Assembly: GCF_004010195.1 (NCBI RefSeq)
Contig: NC_057719.1
Coordinates: 43,454,732 to 43,500,538 of the forward strand
DNA: 45,807 nucleotides
Source of the DNA: Chiloscyllium plagiosum
Lineage: Eukaryota
Direction of reading: 5' to 3'
In this document: positions 1 through 13,141 of the stretch, piece after piece
How the letters are laid out: the number at the start of each line of letters is the position of its first letter
Numbering within the stretch: the first letter of the stretch is position 1
Position numbers and translations under genes: made by a program
The notes under the pieces: model-generated
Told to the model about the DNA's origin: nothing
Database searches by the model: none
Seen by the model: the letters and a program-made list of their open reading frames with translations, nothing else

Positions 1-1453
1 ATTTGCCTCCTCACTTTCCATGGGAGTCGTACCGGAGGATTGGAGGGAGGCGAATGTTGTTCCTCTTTTCAAGAAGGGCAATAGGGAAATCCCTGGCAAT
101 TACAGACCAGTCAGTCTTACATCTGTGGTCAGCAAAGTTGTGGAAAGAATTCTGAGGAATAGGATTTATGACTATTTGGCAAAGCATAGTGATTAAAGGC
201 AGTCAGCAGGGCTCTGTGAGGGGCAGGTCATGCCTCACAAATCATATTGAGTTCTTTGAGGAGGTGACTAGACAGGTCGACAAAGGTCGAGCAGAGGATG
301 TGGTGCATATGGACTTCAGCAAGGCATTTGATAAGGTTCCCCCTGGTAGGCTCATTCATAAAGTCAGGAAGTATGGGATACAGGGAGATTTGGCTATCTG
401 GATTCAGAATTGGCTGGCTGACAGAAGGCAGAGGTTGTTAGATGGAAAAGTATTCTGCCTGTAGGCCAGTGTTGAGTGAGGTCCAACAGGGCTCTGTTCT
501 TGGGCCTCTACTTTTTGTAGTTTTTATAAATGACTTGATGAGGAGGTTGAGGGGTGGGTTAGTAAATTTGCAGATGACACAAAGATTGGAGGTGTTGTCG
601 AGAGTATTGAGGGCTACTGCAGGCTGCAGCACGTCACAGACAGGATGCACAGCTGGGCTGAGAAATGGCAGATGGAGTTCAACCTGGATAAATGTGAAGT
701 GGTGCATTTCGGAAGATCGAACCCAAATGCTGATTATAGGATTAAAGACAGGATTCTTGGCAGTGTGGAGGAACAGAGGGATCTAGGTGTGCAAGTACAT
801 AGATTCCTCAAAGTTGTCACCCAAGTGGATAGGGTTATTAAGAAAGCATATGGTGTTTTGGCTTTCATTAACAAGGGGATTGAGTTTAAGAGCCACGAGG
901 TTTTGCTACAGCTCTACAAGTCCCTGGTGAGACCACACTTGGAATATTGTGTCCAGTTTTGGTCGCCCTACTATAGGAAAGATGCAGAGGCTTTGGAGAG
1001 GGTGCAAAGAAGGTTTACCAGGATGCTGCCTGGATGGAGGGCTTGCTTTATGAAGAAAGGTTGAATAAGCTCAGACTTTTCTCTCTGGAGAGAAGGAGGA
1101 AGAGAGGAGACCAGATCGAGATATACAAGATAATGAGTGAAATAGATAGAGTCAATAGCCAGGGACTTTGCCCCAGGCAGGGTTGACTGATACGAGAAGT
1201 CATAGTTTGAAGATATTAGGAGGAAGGTATAAAGGAGACGTCAGAGGTTGTGAATACATGGAATGCGTTGCCAGCTGTGGTGGTGGATGCAGAGTCATTA
1301 GGGACATTAAAGTGACTGCTGGACATGCACATAGACAGCAATGAGTGGAGGGGTGCGTAGGTTAAGTAATTATATTTTACACTTGGATTAAACCTCGGCA
1401 CAACATCATAGGCCAAAGGGCCTGTTCTGTGCTGTACTTTTCTATGTTCTATG
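1..1453 (+). mobile_element. CR1-clade LINE, frameshifted RT and 3' end (runs off the window start)
   Basis: ORF fragments GRSCLTN, DFSKAFDKVP, QGSVLGPLLF, WAEKWQMEFN, RPHLEYCVQFWSP; ends in a ttctatgttctatg tail. Confidence 0.95.
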
Positions 1454-2214
1454 ACTCGCGACCATGGGTAAATGGATAATTGATTGCATTTATTGATTGC
1501 TCATTTTCTGAAAAGAAAAATACAGCTTCATAAGAAATTTATTTACAGTAATATCTGGATACTTGCTTGATAAAATTCATCAACCTGAGTATACAATAGC
1601 CATCTAGACAAAGTGCAAAAATACCTGTAGAAAAAAACCAGACAGTTGAGGCAATGTTCCCTCTAAGCTGTGTGCATGCAACCATTCAGCAATTAAAAAG
1701 CTGCAAAATAAATTACACACATCATCTTCTTTAAGAAAATGCATGCGTGCAGATGCACATAAACATCTTTCTGAAATCGTATATTTAGCTGTACAGTCTG
1801 TTTATGCGCACAGAGCATAATCCAGAAACATTTACATTCTGCAAAAAAAAAAAAGAGGAACTGAGGATATAAGAACAAAAGCAACACCCATGAATTACTG
1901 AGAAGTGATAAAATGTCTTTAGTAGTCTGGTGGAAAAGAGGCATCAAACTAATCAACTGGCAACTTCAAAAATACTTATGCAACTCAAAGTGCCTGTTCA
2001 GAGTAGATTATGCAAAAATCAAAAAGTGATCAAACAGATTAGCACAAGTTTCTCTACCAATAGATGCTGTCAAGTTGTTGAGTGTTCCAATATTTTCTGT
2101 GTTCGTTTCAGACTAGGATAACATTCGCTTAATCATTTTAAGTTCCTAATTTTTTTACTTAACAGATTAACAGCACCATGTATATGTCTTTTACTAATTA
2201 AAATCTAATCATCA

Positions 2215-4591
2215 AGAAAGGATGTTTGGGGACTCGTTAACTGAGGTAATATGGGCTGAGGTTAGAAACAGGAAAGGAGAAGTCACCATGCTGGGAGTTT
2301 TCTACAGGCCTCCGAATAGTCCCAGAGATGTAGAGGAAAGGATAGCAAAGATGATTCTCGATAGGAGTGAGAGGGGCAGGATAGTTGTCATGGGGGACTT
2401 CACTATCCAAATATTGACTGGGATCACTACAGTACGAGTATTATAGATGGGTTAGTTTTTGTCCAGTGTGTGCAGGAGGGCTTCCTGACACACTATGTAG
2501 GCAGGCCTACAAGGGGCGAAGCCACTTTAGATTTAGTACTGGGTAACGAGCCTGGCCAGGTATTAGATTTGGAAGTAGGTGAGCACTTTGGAGACAGCAA
2601 TCACAATTCTGTCAGGTTTACTTTAGTGATGGAAAGGGATAGGTGTACTCCACCAAGCAAAAGTTACAGCTGGGGGAAGGGAAATTACGATGCAATTAGG
2701 AAAGACATAGGAAGCGTAGAATGGGGAAGGAAACTGCAGGGGATGAGCACATTAAAAATGTGGAGCTTATTCAAGGAAAAGCTCCTGTGTGTCCTAGATA
2801 AGTATGTACCTGTCAGGCAAGGAGGAAGATATAGAACGCATAAGCCGTGGTTTACTAAGGAAGTGGAATTCCTGGTCGAGAAGAATGTTAGGACAAAATG
2901 TGAAAACTCAGGGCACTTGAGGGTTACAAGGAAGTCAGGAAAGACCTAAAAAGAGAGCTCAGAATAGCCAGGAGACATGAGAAGTTGTTGGCAGATAGGA
3001 TCAGGGTTAACCCTAAGGCTTTCCATAGGTATGTCAGGAATAAAAGAATGACGAGAGTTAAATTAGGGCCAATCAAGGATAATAGTGGGAAGTTGTGTGT
3101 GGAGTCACAGGAGATAGGGGAAGCACTAAATAAATATTTTTCGACAGTGTTCACTATAGGAAATGAAAATGTTGGTGAGGAAGATACAGAGATACTTGCA
3201 TCTAGACTAGAAGGGATTGAGGTTCACAAGGAAGAGGTATTAGAAATACTGCAGAGTGTGAAAAGAGACAAGTCCCCTGGCCGGATGGGATCTATCCAAG
3301 GATCCTCTGGGAAGCAAGGGAAGAGATTGCCAAGCCTTTGGCATTGATCTTCAAATCATCATTGTCTACAGGAATAGTGTCTCAGGACTGGAGGATAGCA
3401 AATGTGGTTCCCTTGTTCAAAAAGGGTAGTAGAGACAACCCTGGTAATTACAGACCAATGAGTCTCACTTCAGTTGTTGGTAAAGTGTTGGAAAAGGTTA
3501 TAAGAGATAGGATTTATAACCATCTAGAAAAGAATAATCTGATCAAGGACAGTCAGCACGGTTTTGTGAAGGGTAGGTCGTGCCTAACGAATCTTATTGA
3601 ATTTTTTGACAAAGTGACCAAACAGGTAGATGAGAGTAAACCGGTTGATGTGGTGCATATGGATTTCACAGAACTCTTGGATTATGGATATATTCGAAAA
3701 ATGTTTTTGGAAAAAAATAGAGTACGGCAGCAATCAAATTTCCCCCTCTTCCTCCGTTTTACCAGAAAGTTTGTACCAGTTGTATTGTTTGCTCGATGTG
3801 TTAGTTATTTTCTAAATTTGCATTGAATCTACATAATAGCTCCGGAGTAATCGGAATGCAAAGTACTGGGCTAATGGTAAGATTCTTGGGAGTACAGATG
3901 AGCAGAGAGATCTCGGTGTCCATGTACACAGATCCCTGAAAGTTGCCACCCAGGTTGACAAGGTTGTTAAGAAGGCATACAGTGTTTTGGCCTTTATTAA
4001 TAGAAAGATTGAGTTCCGGAACCAGGAGGTTATGCTGCAGCTGTACAAAGCTCTGGTACGGCCACGCTTGGAATATTGTGTACAGTTCTGGTCCCCGCAT
4101 TATAAGAAGGATGTGGGAGCTTTGGAAAGGGTGCAGAGGAGATTTACTAGGATGTTGCCTGGTATGGAAGGAATGTCTTACGAGGAAAGGCTGAGGGCCT
4201 TGAGGCTGTTCTCGTTAGGGAGAAGAAGGTGGAGAGGTGACTTAATAGAGACATACAGGATAATCAGAGGGTTAGATAGGGTGGACAGGGAGAGCCTTTT
4301 TCCAAGTATGGGGACGGCAAACACGAGGGGACACAACTTTAAAGTGAGGGGAGATAGGTATAAGACAGATGTCAGAGGTAGTTTCTTAACTCAGAGAGTA
4401 GTAAGGATATGGAATGCTTTGCCTGCAATGGTAGTAGATTCGCCAAGTTTAAGTGCATTTAAGTCGTCATTGGACAGGCATATGGACGTACATGGAATAG
4501 TGTAGGTAGGATGGGCTTCAGATTAGTATGACAGGGCGGCGCAAAATCGAGGGCCGAAGGGCCTGTACTGCACTGTAATGTTCTATGTTCT
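2215..4591 (+). mobile_element. CR1-clade LINE, 5'-truncated (APE endonuclease to RT to 3' tail), RT core replaced by unrelated DNA
   Basis: YRPP, MGDF, LDLVL and SNH endonuclease motifs; PGNYRPMSLTS; RLEYCVQFWSP; ttctatgttct tail; LINE similarity breaks at about 3669-3842. Confidence 0.95.
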
Positions 4592-4911
4592 AAGTCTACT
4601 TTAGAAACTATTTATTTAAACTGGAAAAAAAGGCATTTGCAAATAAATAGTATTTGACATATTCAAATGTAATCTTTTCCTTCAAAAGGGAGATTACATC
4701 AGGCTTGAACAGAGGATTGTCAGAAGATGGCAGTGCAGATCACTGAACTTGACACCAAAGTCCAACTGCATAGTTACTATTTACAAAAATACATTGCGAA
4801 GTATATGAAAACTACACTACTATACATGACATAAAAGAAAGGAAAAATTATTTGTTTTCCTATTTTATATCAATTCACACACTTCAGATACAATAATTCA
4901 GAATGTCTTAC

Positions 4912-5010
4912 CTGCAACAGATCGAAGTAATGCAAACAATGATATATTGGGACTAGCAATAGTTGTGGAAGTACATATTGAACAGCTTCTTTGAAACCTT
5001 CAGCAATAGA
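4912..5010 (-). CDS. SOS2: SOS2 coding exon 8 (DH domain), 99 nt (not in the ORF track)
   Basis: Manual translation [33 protein letters not shown]; acceptor tctag| and donor |gtaaga. Confidence 0.96.
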
Positions 5011-6699
5011 CTAGAAATTAAAAAAACATAACTAGTACTAGACAGTTCACAATTTACTACAATTAGATTGTAACAAATAATGAAAGAATCATGTAATATT
5101 ATAAGAGTCCAAAAGCAAATGAGTTTTTACAAAGATTACACCAGTTTTGTATAAAAAATAATGTGCCTGTAGTGCTGATGAAATTAAATATTTAAGATAA
5201 CGCTTTATCTTGATTGCTTTTACCTTACTATTAAAGTAAAAAGTTGATGATATAATCTCACAAATACAAAATGCAATTCTCAAACAGCATACGTACAGCA
5301 AATATTTTGGAGCATTATGTCAGTTAAAATACTAGACTTCCACAATAGACAGAAAAACTACAGATTGCCTCAAATAATCTGGTCTCTGAATGGTCAGAGA
5401 CCAGACATGCTCTGAACACGTGTACTGGAACCATATGAAAATCTCAATGCACTAACTATGTAATAATTGCTCAGGAAGTTGAAACTTCTGATGGGCAATT
5501 ACCCAGTATCTGGAGTATTCTGAAAAAAATCCCAAATCCTCAAATTTGGAGACTGTTGATGCTTTCAATTTACATACCCTAACAGTTATTAAGCACCAAG
5601 TTCAGAGGAATTAAAACACATTCCAACTCCTGGCTCACTATAAAACTGATATCTCCAGACCAGAGCAGCCTCAAACACTCCGAACACTCCCACTCCACAC
5701 CCAGCTTCCACCCACTGATTCCTCACTCCCAATCAAAGCAGACCCACCCCAAACTACCAGAAAGTTTCACCCATTTAACTACCACACGAAACACTGACCC
5801 TGTACCAGTGTTCCCTTAACGAAGTGCCACACTAACCTCCAACACACCTGTACACTATATCCACTCCTTATACATTGAACTTCTCTCAGCAGTTGCCAAA
5901 GTGTCATTAAAATCTATAAATCCTGGAATATGGCAGCTCATGACAATAAAAGGGTGCAGTTTTGATGCCAATCCATACTGGCTGCTTCAGCTGACTCAAC
6001 TTCAGAGACAAGCCTGTCTTCACTTGGCAAGATTGCCCTAGGCCAAACTTACAGTTGCTGGGCTGTTAGGATGGAACTTCTACCCCCAAATGTAAGGGAA
6101 TCCTGCGTCCAAGAAATGCTGTGGCTGTGGCCACTGCTGGGACTGCAGGCAGTCCACCACAGCAAAGAAAACCATTCGTAAAGATTCAAAAGTTGAATGG
6201 ACGTTTCATTTGGGCAAGTCTGGAATGTCTTGCTGAGTATGGCACAACTGGCCAGGTTTTAGAGTGCAGTGAGAAATCAGTGAAAGCCTCCCTTGGTCAT
6301 AGAGCTCCTTAGCATGCTCTCCGTATGCACTTACCCGCTACCCTCTTAAACCGATTAAAAAGATGCCTGGTTTCGCAAAACATCAATTGACAATTTAAGT
6401 ACACCAACTGACCAACTCCGTGTTTGAGTGAGGAGTCCTGTTCTTCACATCAAACTTTCTTATTGAACTATGAAGAAGGATAATCTGCTGCTATAAACAC
6501 TGCTAAACCGCTTGAAGATATGTCAGGGTGTCTCAAATCCTAATTCCAGTGTGTTCTAATTGATTAATCAATACATGACGCTTGAAAAAGCCAAGATAAA
6601 CAAAATAATAAATCGCAGTACCACATTCATCATCAACAATTCACACAAACATTTTTAAACTGCATTCATTTGTTTATCTTTGTACAGTGAAAATATGCA

Positions 6700-7535
6700 A
6701 ATTATTAATGTTGAGCCAAGTATTCATACATTTAGTTCCACTGTGCCTGAAATATGTAAATGTCCATATCACATCTTCATGGTTATTTTGCATAAGAAGA
6801 ATACTATTCTGGTTTGGTTCTGGATAACTGCATCTTTTAGTAAGACTCTTGGGAGAAAAGTAACGTATCAAAAGGGTATAGAGGATAACCAGCTTACTTG
6901 GCTTTCCCTGCCACTGAAGGTGGTCAGAAGTAATGTTTCTCCATCCTGGTGTTTCACTGTAGATAATATATTTCATAAGCTAATGGATAGATTTCAAGGA
7001 AACCTGCCACACAGGTAGGTAAGACCAACATCCAAGGAATAATTGATAAGTTCAGGCAAAGGTGTACATCTGAATCCTGGAAATTTTTAACATATCTTTA
7101 ACATTGGACGACAGGGTAAACTGACTTTTTTTAAAAAAAATGTACTATGGGTGCATTTATTTCTTGTGACATTGTTCATTTTAGACTGTTATAGGTTCTC
7201 TCAGCTGCTGTGATGGAAATTTGTCACAGCGTTCAAAGTGTCAGAGCTTTCTGGGCAGTTTGTTGGATGTGAATTGGTCTGATGCCTCCTCAGTGACATG
7301 GAGGATTTTTTTTCAGCTTTGTAGTGACCAGAGTCAGCCTGCATGGTTTATATTTATTGAAAGCGGAGCAGTAATCATCAATCATCATCTAACTTGTGTG
7401 TTCTCCATGGCAGTGTCTTTACCAATCTTTCCAATCAATCGGCACTTTCTTCATGTACAGTTGAAAAAATTATTCCCCTTTGCATTGATGTGTTTGCAAA
7501 CATCATGACTGAAAGATGAAAAGCTCCGTCAAAAA
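6700..7535 (+). mobile_element. Probable very old Penelope-like element remnant
   Basis: 3' end (catcatgactgaaagatgaaaagctccgtc) resembles the reverse complement of 29345-29500 and a decayed CTGATGA..GAAA motif; coding similarity is weak. Confidence 0.35.
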
Positions 7536-7569
7536 AGAAGTACTCAAGAAGTGTACGAGCAAAATAAAT

Positions 7570-7788
7570 GAAGTCACCATAGTCTTACTAAGCTATAAGG
7601 CTGCTCTGTCATTAGTGAGAGATGATAGGTATGGATTTAAACTGAGAGTCACCACATCCCAGCTGAAGGGAGAGTTTGAAAAAGAGAGTACTTCATGGTA
7701 ACCTCAGCTGGTGTGAGAATTGAATCCATGCTTTGGTGTCACTCTACATTCTAAAATGGTCTCCCAGCCAACTGAGCTAACTAGCCCC
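7570..7788 (-). mobile_element. tRNA-derived SINE
   Basis: Minus strand starts ggggctagttagctcagttgg (A box) and contains ggattcaattc (B box); a related copy lies at 26125-26302. Confidence 0.75.
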
Positions 7789-7825
7789 TACTAACTAACA
7801 AAATGCTATGTAAAAAGCTACTTAC

Positions 7826-7936
7826 CTGAAAATACAAGGCTACTGCTGACCTGGACATTAAATTGCTGAAATGCGCATGAAACTGTGGTGAGAGAATGTC
7901 TTGTGCACACAACTCATATGGGTCAAATACTTGCTC
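7826..7936 (-). CDS. SOS2: SOS2 coding exon 7 (DH domain), 111 nt
   Basis: [37 protein letters not shown]; acceptor tgcag| and donor |gtaagt. Confidence 0.96.
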
Positions 7937-8665
7937 CTGCACACAAAAAAATAGTTTTAGTTTGTTTCGCATATTCTACATATTTGACTTTGCTTCAAAA
8001 GTTGTTAATTTATTAGCAAGTTTAATATAATAAATGGGCTGTTTGTTACAAATACTATTCTGAAAATTAGAGTCACAGAGATCTATGACACATAGAAAGT
8101 GGCTCATTGGCTCATCGAGTCTACACTGCTCAAACATCACCACCTAACTATTCTAACATTCTTCCAGCTGAATATATGCAACACCATGACAGCAGTCTCA
8201 GTGTTTTTATATCTTTTCTTAGAACTGAAGCTATCTTGAGAAAGAAGTGAAGATTGCAAATTTTTAATCTTAGCAAAATTCTATTCACCACTTATTTGTT
8301 ATAAAGTATTAATATTTCCCTTTCAACTAAAAGAAATTAAAATATTTTTTCCTCTCTACAGGAAGAAGTCATATTAAAAACATACTGGATATGAGAAAAA
8401 TTAAACATATAACTTGTTCAGGAATTAGCATGAGTGACAAGTCTTATATGCATTTGTTTTGCTTACGGGTTTTGCTTACAGGTAAGTCGACAATAGCACC
8501 TGAACGTTGAAGGCAAATGCCAACATTTAGGCTATATTTTTCATACTTAATTAAGAGATCTTCCAAAGCACATTGGAAAAAAACATAATAAGCTTTATTC
8601 TTCTGTTGGAAAGTCTTATAGTCTAGCATCACTGTGTGCCAACTGAAATCACTATTGCACAGTAC

Positions 8666-8809
8666 CTCTGCCAGATCTTCAAAGCAGCTGCCAACAAATG
8701 GATGAGGGCTTCTTTCATCTGTCATCTCAACAGTATCCTCCATTAATCCAAGCAGTTTTACAGTCAGTTCATGAATATCTAGGATGTTGCTGAAGATTAT
8801 TTCGATGTC
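8666..8809 (-). CDS. SOS2: SOS2 coding exon 6 (DH domain), 144 nt
   Basis: [48 protein letters not shown]; acceptor gatag| and donor |gtactg. Confidence 0.97.
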
Positions 8810-9199
8810 CTATCAGAAATCAAATAACACAGACTTAACACAACTCGCAAATTTAGCCTTTTCATATAAAAGATTTTGAAACAAAAACAAAATGGATCAA
8901 CTGTGAGATAACTACATGCAATTAGCCACATGGCTTTCCTTCTCAGGTCTCGACCTAGCCATTCTCAAAAGATAGTCAGATGGAGAAGAGGAGTGGTTAA
9001 GAAGCAGTTATTTTGATTTTTCTTTCATTGAAAAGGAAATTGGAAGGAATATTTGCTCAAAAAGCAGGGAGGTGGCAGTGGAATTTCCTGTCTGAAAGCT
9101 TCAGCCTTCTTTTCAACCTCTTCATAACCTTGCCCTTCTGGCCTTGAGAATCCCAGCAGAAAATCCCATTCCGTCACCACAGATACCCTCCTTTCTCTT

Positions 9200-9810
9200 G
9201 GCAACTATCTAAGGTTGAGTCAGTCTTTTTAGACACTTAGCATCATTTCTGAACCCAAGTTGAGCATTCAACCATATATTGCCACAATCACCCAATGACC
9301 CAGCTCTGTTCCTGCCTCAGCGACTTATCTGCTGCTGAAACTTTGTTATCTCTGGACTTGACTATTCCAATGTGGATCTGGCTAGGCTATGGCTACCTTC
9401 TAATCCGAAGATTATCCAAAACGCTCTTGCTTGTATCCTAACTCAACACCCTTGTCTCCATTATTCCTGTACTCACTAACCTACATTCGTTCTCAATTCT
9501 CCCTTTTGAAAATTCTCATCCTTCTTTTCAGATGCTTCCAGAGGAGCATCCCTTCCCATTTCTGCATTATCCTCCATTACCTTCAGATATTTGAGATTCT
9601 CTAATTCTGGCCTCTCAGGAAAACTTACTTCTATGAGTACATTAGCCACCATACCTGCCACTGCCAAGACTCGAAGTTCCGAAATACTGAACTACTTCAA
9701 CTACTGAAAATCTACCTATTTGACAAAGCTATACCTTTTATGGCTTTGTGTCAAGATTTGCATGATTACACTGCTCTAAAGCTCCTTAGGACATTTTATT
9801 ATTCAAAAGT
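9200..9810 (+). mobile_element. L2-clade LINE 3' fragment, degraded
   Basis: Remnants of the L2 SRLDYSN, IQNxxARIL and PVLxxLHW motifs (ctggacttgactattccaat; atccaaaacgctcttgcttgtatcct; cctgtactcactaacctacatt). Confidence 0.7.
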
Positions 9811-9894
9811 TTGATATTAGTGCTGATTTTATTGAACAGTAATCTGTCTGTTAACATCCAGGCCAAAGAAACTGAAACACATTTCACAATATAT

Positions 9895-10800
9895 AATCTT
9901 GTAGTCAACAGAATTATTGAGACCATCTTCAGTTGCTTCATCAATAACATCCCTCCAATGCTTAGTAAAAAGTGGAGATTTTCACTGATTGCATAATGTT
10001 CAACACCATTCGCAACTCCTCAAACACTGTACCAGTCCATGTTCAAACAAGCTTGGGCAGCTAAATTGACAAATAGGATTAACAGTACACAAGTAACAGA
10101 AAATCTCAAAACAAGAGAGAATCTAACAATCACTCTTTGATATTCAATTACATTACGGTCACTGAATCTTCTATTATCAATGTCATAGGGTTCCCACTGA
10201 CCAGAAACTGAACAAATGAGCCACACTGTGGCTACAAGAACAAGTCAGAAGCTAGGAATTCTGTGGCAAGTAACTTACTTCCCAATTCGCCTGTGCATGT
10301 CGACCATCTACAAAACACAAGTCAGAGTTTGATGGAATACTCTGCATCTCCAGCAATAGTCAAGAAACTCAACACCATTCAGGACAAAGCAGCCCACTGA
10401 ACTGGCACCCCATCCTGACCTTGAACACTGCCTCCCTTAACCACCAATGGCCACGGGGTTTACCTGCTAAAAGATGCACAGCAGGAATTCAGCAAGACTG
10501 CTGTTACAGCACATTCCAAACCCTGATACGTAGCACCCAAAAGGACAAGGGCATCATATGTATGGGAACAGTACCACCTTCAAATTCTCCAAGCCGTACG
10601 CCAACCTGACTTGAAAGTATATCACCATCCTTTCACTGTCAGTGGGTCAAATTCCTGCAATCCTAAATAGTACTACCTACACCCCAAACATTGCAGCAGT
10701 TCAAGAAGGTACTACAATATCGTCTCAAGGCAAATTAGGGGTGGCCAACAAATACACACCTAGCAAACAATGTTGACATTCTTTGAATAAAGAAACAAAA
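9895..10800 (+). mobile_element. Old LINE (CR1/L2 group, different family), RT C-terminus and 3' end
   Basis: TIFSCFINNIP, decayed FADD, TIYKTQVR..MEYS and LNTIQDKAA; its 3' end is shared with the SINE at 23045-23330. Confidence 0.7.
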
Positions 10801-11339
10801 ATTATGATCATATTTAAACTGTGTGTGTGATGACTTAATTGTAAAAAATCAGTGTTGTTTTCCCTGCAGCTTTCTTGAAATTTTAAGTTTCACTAATTGG
10901 TTTTGCTAGGGAGGAGGGAAAGCTTTAAGCAAGAACAATTGCTTAATTCTAATGTGGAAAAACACGATTTTTAGCCTTTCTGAGTAAATTGCCTCTCCCA
11001 GTATAAAAGGAACACTTTCAACAGAGAAAAAGCTTTTTCTTTAAATGGATACAAGTTTCAGAGAATGATTTCTCCACTAACATTTTATTTTACTTCAGAG
11101 TTAGAATCTTAATTTCCCTTCATTTATCTGTTCAATACTTACACTTGTATGTAGTTTCTTATTTTAATGGGTTTTTTTTTGCTCCTCAGAATCAGCAAGA
11201 AATTCTGTTCCTCATGAAAAAATAGACTGAATATTTGAAAGCAAATATCAGATCAAGTTACAAATGTATACAAATAAAATGTTATGCACAAGGGGTAAAT
11301 TATTTTCCAATAATGTTAAGAAAACCTTTATGGTAAGAG

Positions 11340-11430
11340 AAATAAAAACAGGAATTGCTGGGAAAGCTCAGGAGGTCTGTCAGCGTCTGTGGAGAGGAAT
11401 CAGATTCCAGTGACTCTTCCTCAGAACTCA
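11340..11430 (-). mobile_element. PLE terminal-repeat fragment
   Basis: Reverse complement reads ctgaggaagagtcactgg...cagacgctgacagacctcctgagctttcccagcaattcctgttttt, homologous to 37135-37270. Confidence 0.55.
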
Positions 11431-11509
11431 ATCAGGTAAGTGCAAGTGATAGGGCTATTGGTATGGACAAAGAATTGTACTGCAAAAGTTGGTGGAATTC
11501 CAGGGAAAT

Positions 11510-12570
11510 AAAGATGACATTTTGATTACTTTTACCTAAGAATGTGTAGGAAGAAGTAGCAAAGCTCTGACCATATTATTTCTAACAGCCTTCGATACAG
11601 AAGTTATGCCAGGAGGGCTGGAGGGATATCACTTCCATTTAGGAAGTAGCTGGAGAATAGGAGGAAGGGAGGAAGGATAAAACGGGTGCCTATAGACATG
11701 ACAGTTTGATAGCTATAAGTTTCTAGATGCTTTGTCGCTGAATAAAATTAATTAGATTTCTCAGTGCATATTAAGAATAATCTGTAGTGATTTATAAAAC
11801 TGGTTGTTTCTGACAACTTGAATAGCGTTCTTTTGAGAAAACAAGACTGTGCTTTAAACATTGTGCCCAAAGGGTTTCAAAGGTCTTTTGGTCAATGAAA
11901 GAGAATAAATGCAAGAAAGTGTGGCATGACATTTCATGGGAGAAAGAATAAACTAGAGGTAATATCTGCTAAATGGTAAAACTTTAAAAGATTTACTTCA
12001 ATTTATACAAAGAGTTTGGAAAATAGGTAAAAGCTGTAAAAATATCGATTTCTAATTGAATCAAGTACAAAAAAAGTGCTACATTAAATCTAAACAAATT
12101 ACATGCACTGCAACAAATTTTGAGCAATTACTTTATAAAATTTGTAAAAGCTCTAAGATGCAGTAAGATAATATGGACGATAATAGGCTTTAAATATGAG
12201 AAACTTGATCTTTTTGACAAGAATTATGTAGATTTGTGAGAAAAATTAATAGAGAGGTTCAAAATTGAGAGATCTTAATATTATAAATCAAAAATATATA
12301 TAATTTTGGGTATCATTACTGAGTTACCAGAGGATAAAATAAAAGATTATATTACAATTGCTGTTTGTTCCAAATCAGAGGGTTGTTAACACATGACAAC
12401 TATTGAAACTGTGGTGTAAACTGAACCCTGGATAGATTTTAAGAAGGAAGTATATTTACAAAGTTTTTTTTTTAAGGATATGGGACTAAATGGATAGGTG
12501 TCAAAGAGATGGTGTTGGCACAAATGAGCTAAATGACTTTCTTCTACGTTCTAGAAAAATTCTGTGATTC
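11510..12570 (+). mobile_element. Highly degraded CR1
   Basis: Patchy similarity to the RT and 3' UTR of the younger CR1 copies. Confidence 0.45.
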
Positions 12571-12937
12571 CACATCAAATTTAAAACAATGCAGAAAACT
12601 TCATCAGTGACATATGTAAAACATTTGACAATGTCATCTGCCACACCACGAGACTAAATGTGAAGAAATCATAGTTTACACTTGGTGTCTGTAGCATAGC
12701 AGATAAAAACAATGCACTCAACCAAATGTAATTGTTGTTACAAAGTAACGAGCGACATTAGCAGAGATATTACATCAAAATAAACATTCAAAATAGTAAA
12801 CTGATCTGTGTCTGATTTGTATTTCATACAAAAATCCTAAAATATATTTCAAATATATTTATAATAAAATCTAGTGTGAAATCTAATACTTCAATGCAAA
12901 TAACCTTTGATACGATATCAGAATATTAAAAACTTAC

Positions 12938-13141
12938 ACGAGCAGTAAACAGCTTATTGTTGGATGTAAATGACTTTCTAAAGACTTTTAAAATCAGATT
13001 CAATTCTCGTAGGTATTGCCTTTCTTCTGCAATTTCAGCTTTCACCAAGTCATAGTAGTGCTGTTCACCTGTAGAATTTGGTCCATCATCTCCCAATGAA
13101 GACAGACCAATGTCATCTTGGTCAAACATGTCCATAAGCAC
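12938..13141 (-). CDS. SOS2: SOS2 coding exon 5 (linker and start of DH domain), 204 nt
   Basis: [77 protein letters not shown] and [11 protein letters not shown] are SOS2-type rather than SOS1-type; acceptor ttcag| and donor |gtaagt. Confidence 0.97.

Noticed and set aside
1454..2214. SOS2 exon 9
   Set aside because: No frame matching the expected SE.QED.ECL.QAITAL segment; exon 9 is presumably left of the window.
3669..3842. Minus-frame KLSGKTEEEGEI*LLPYSIF as an ADP-ribosyltransferase-like motif
   Set aside because: Short, interrupted by stops and without supporting motifs; not distinguishable from chance without a search.
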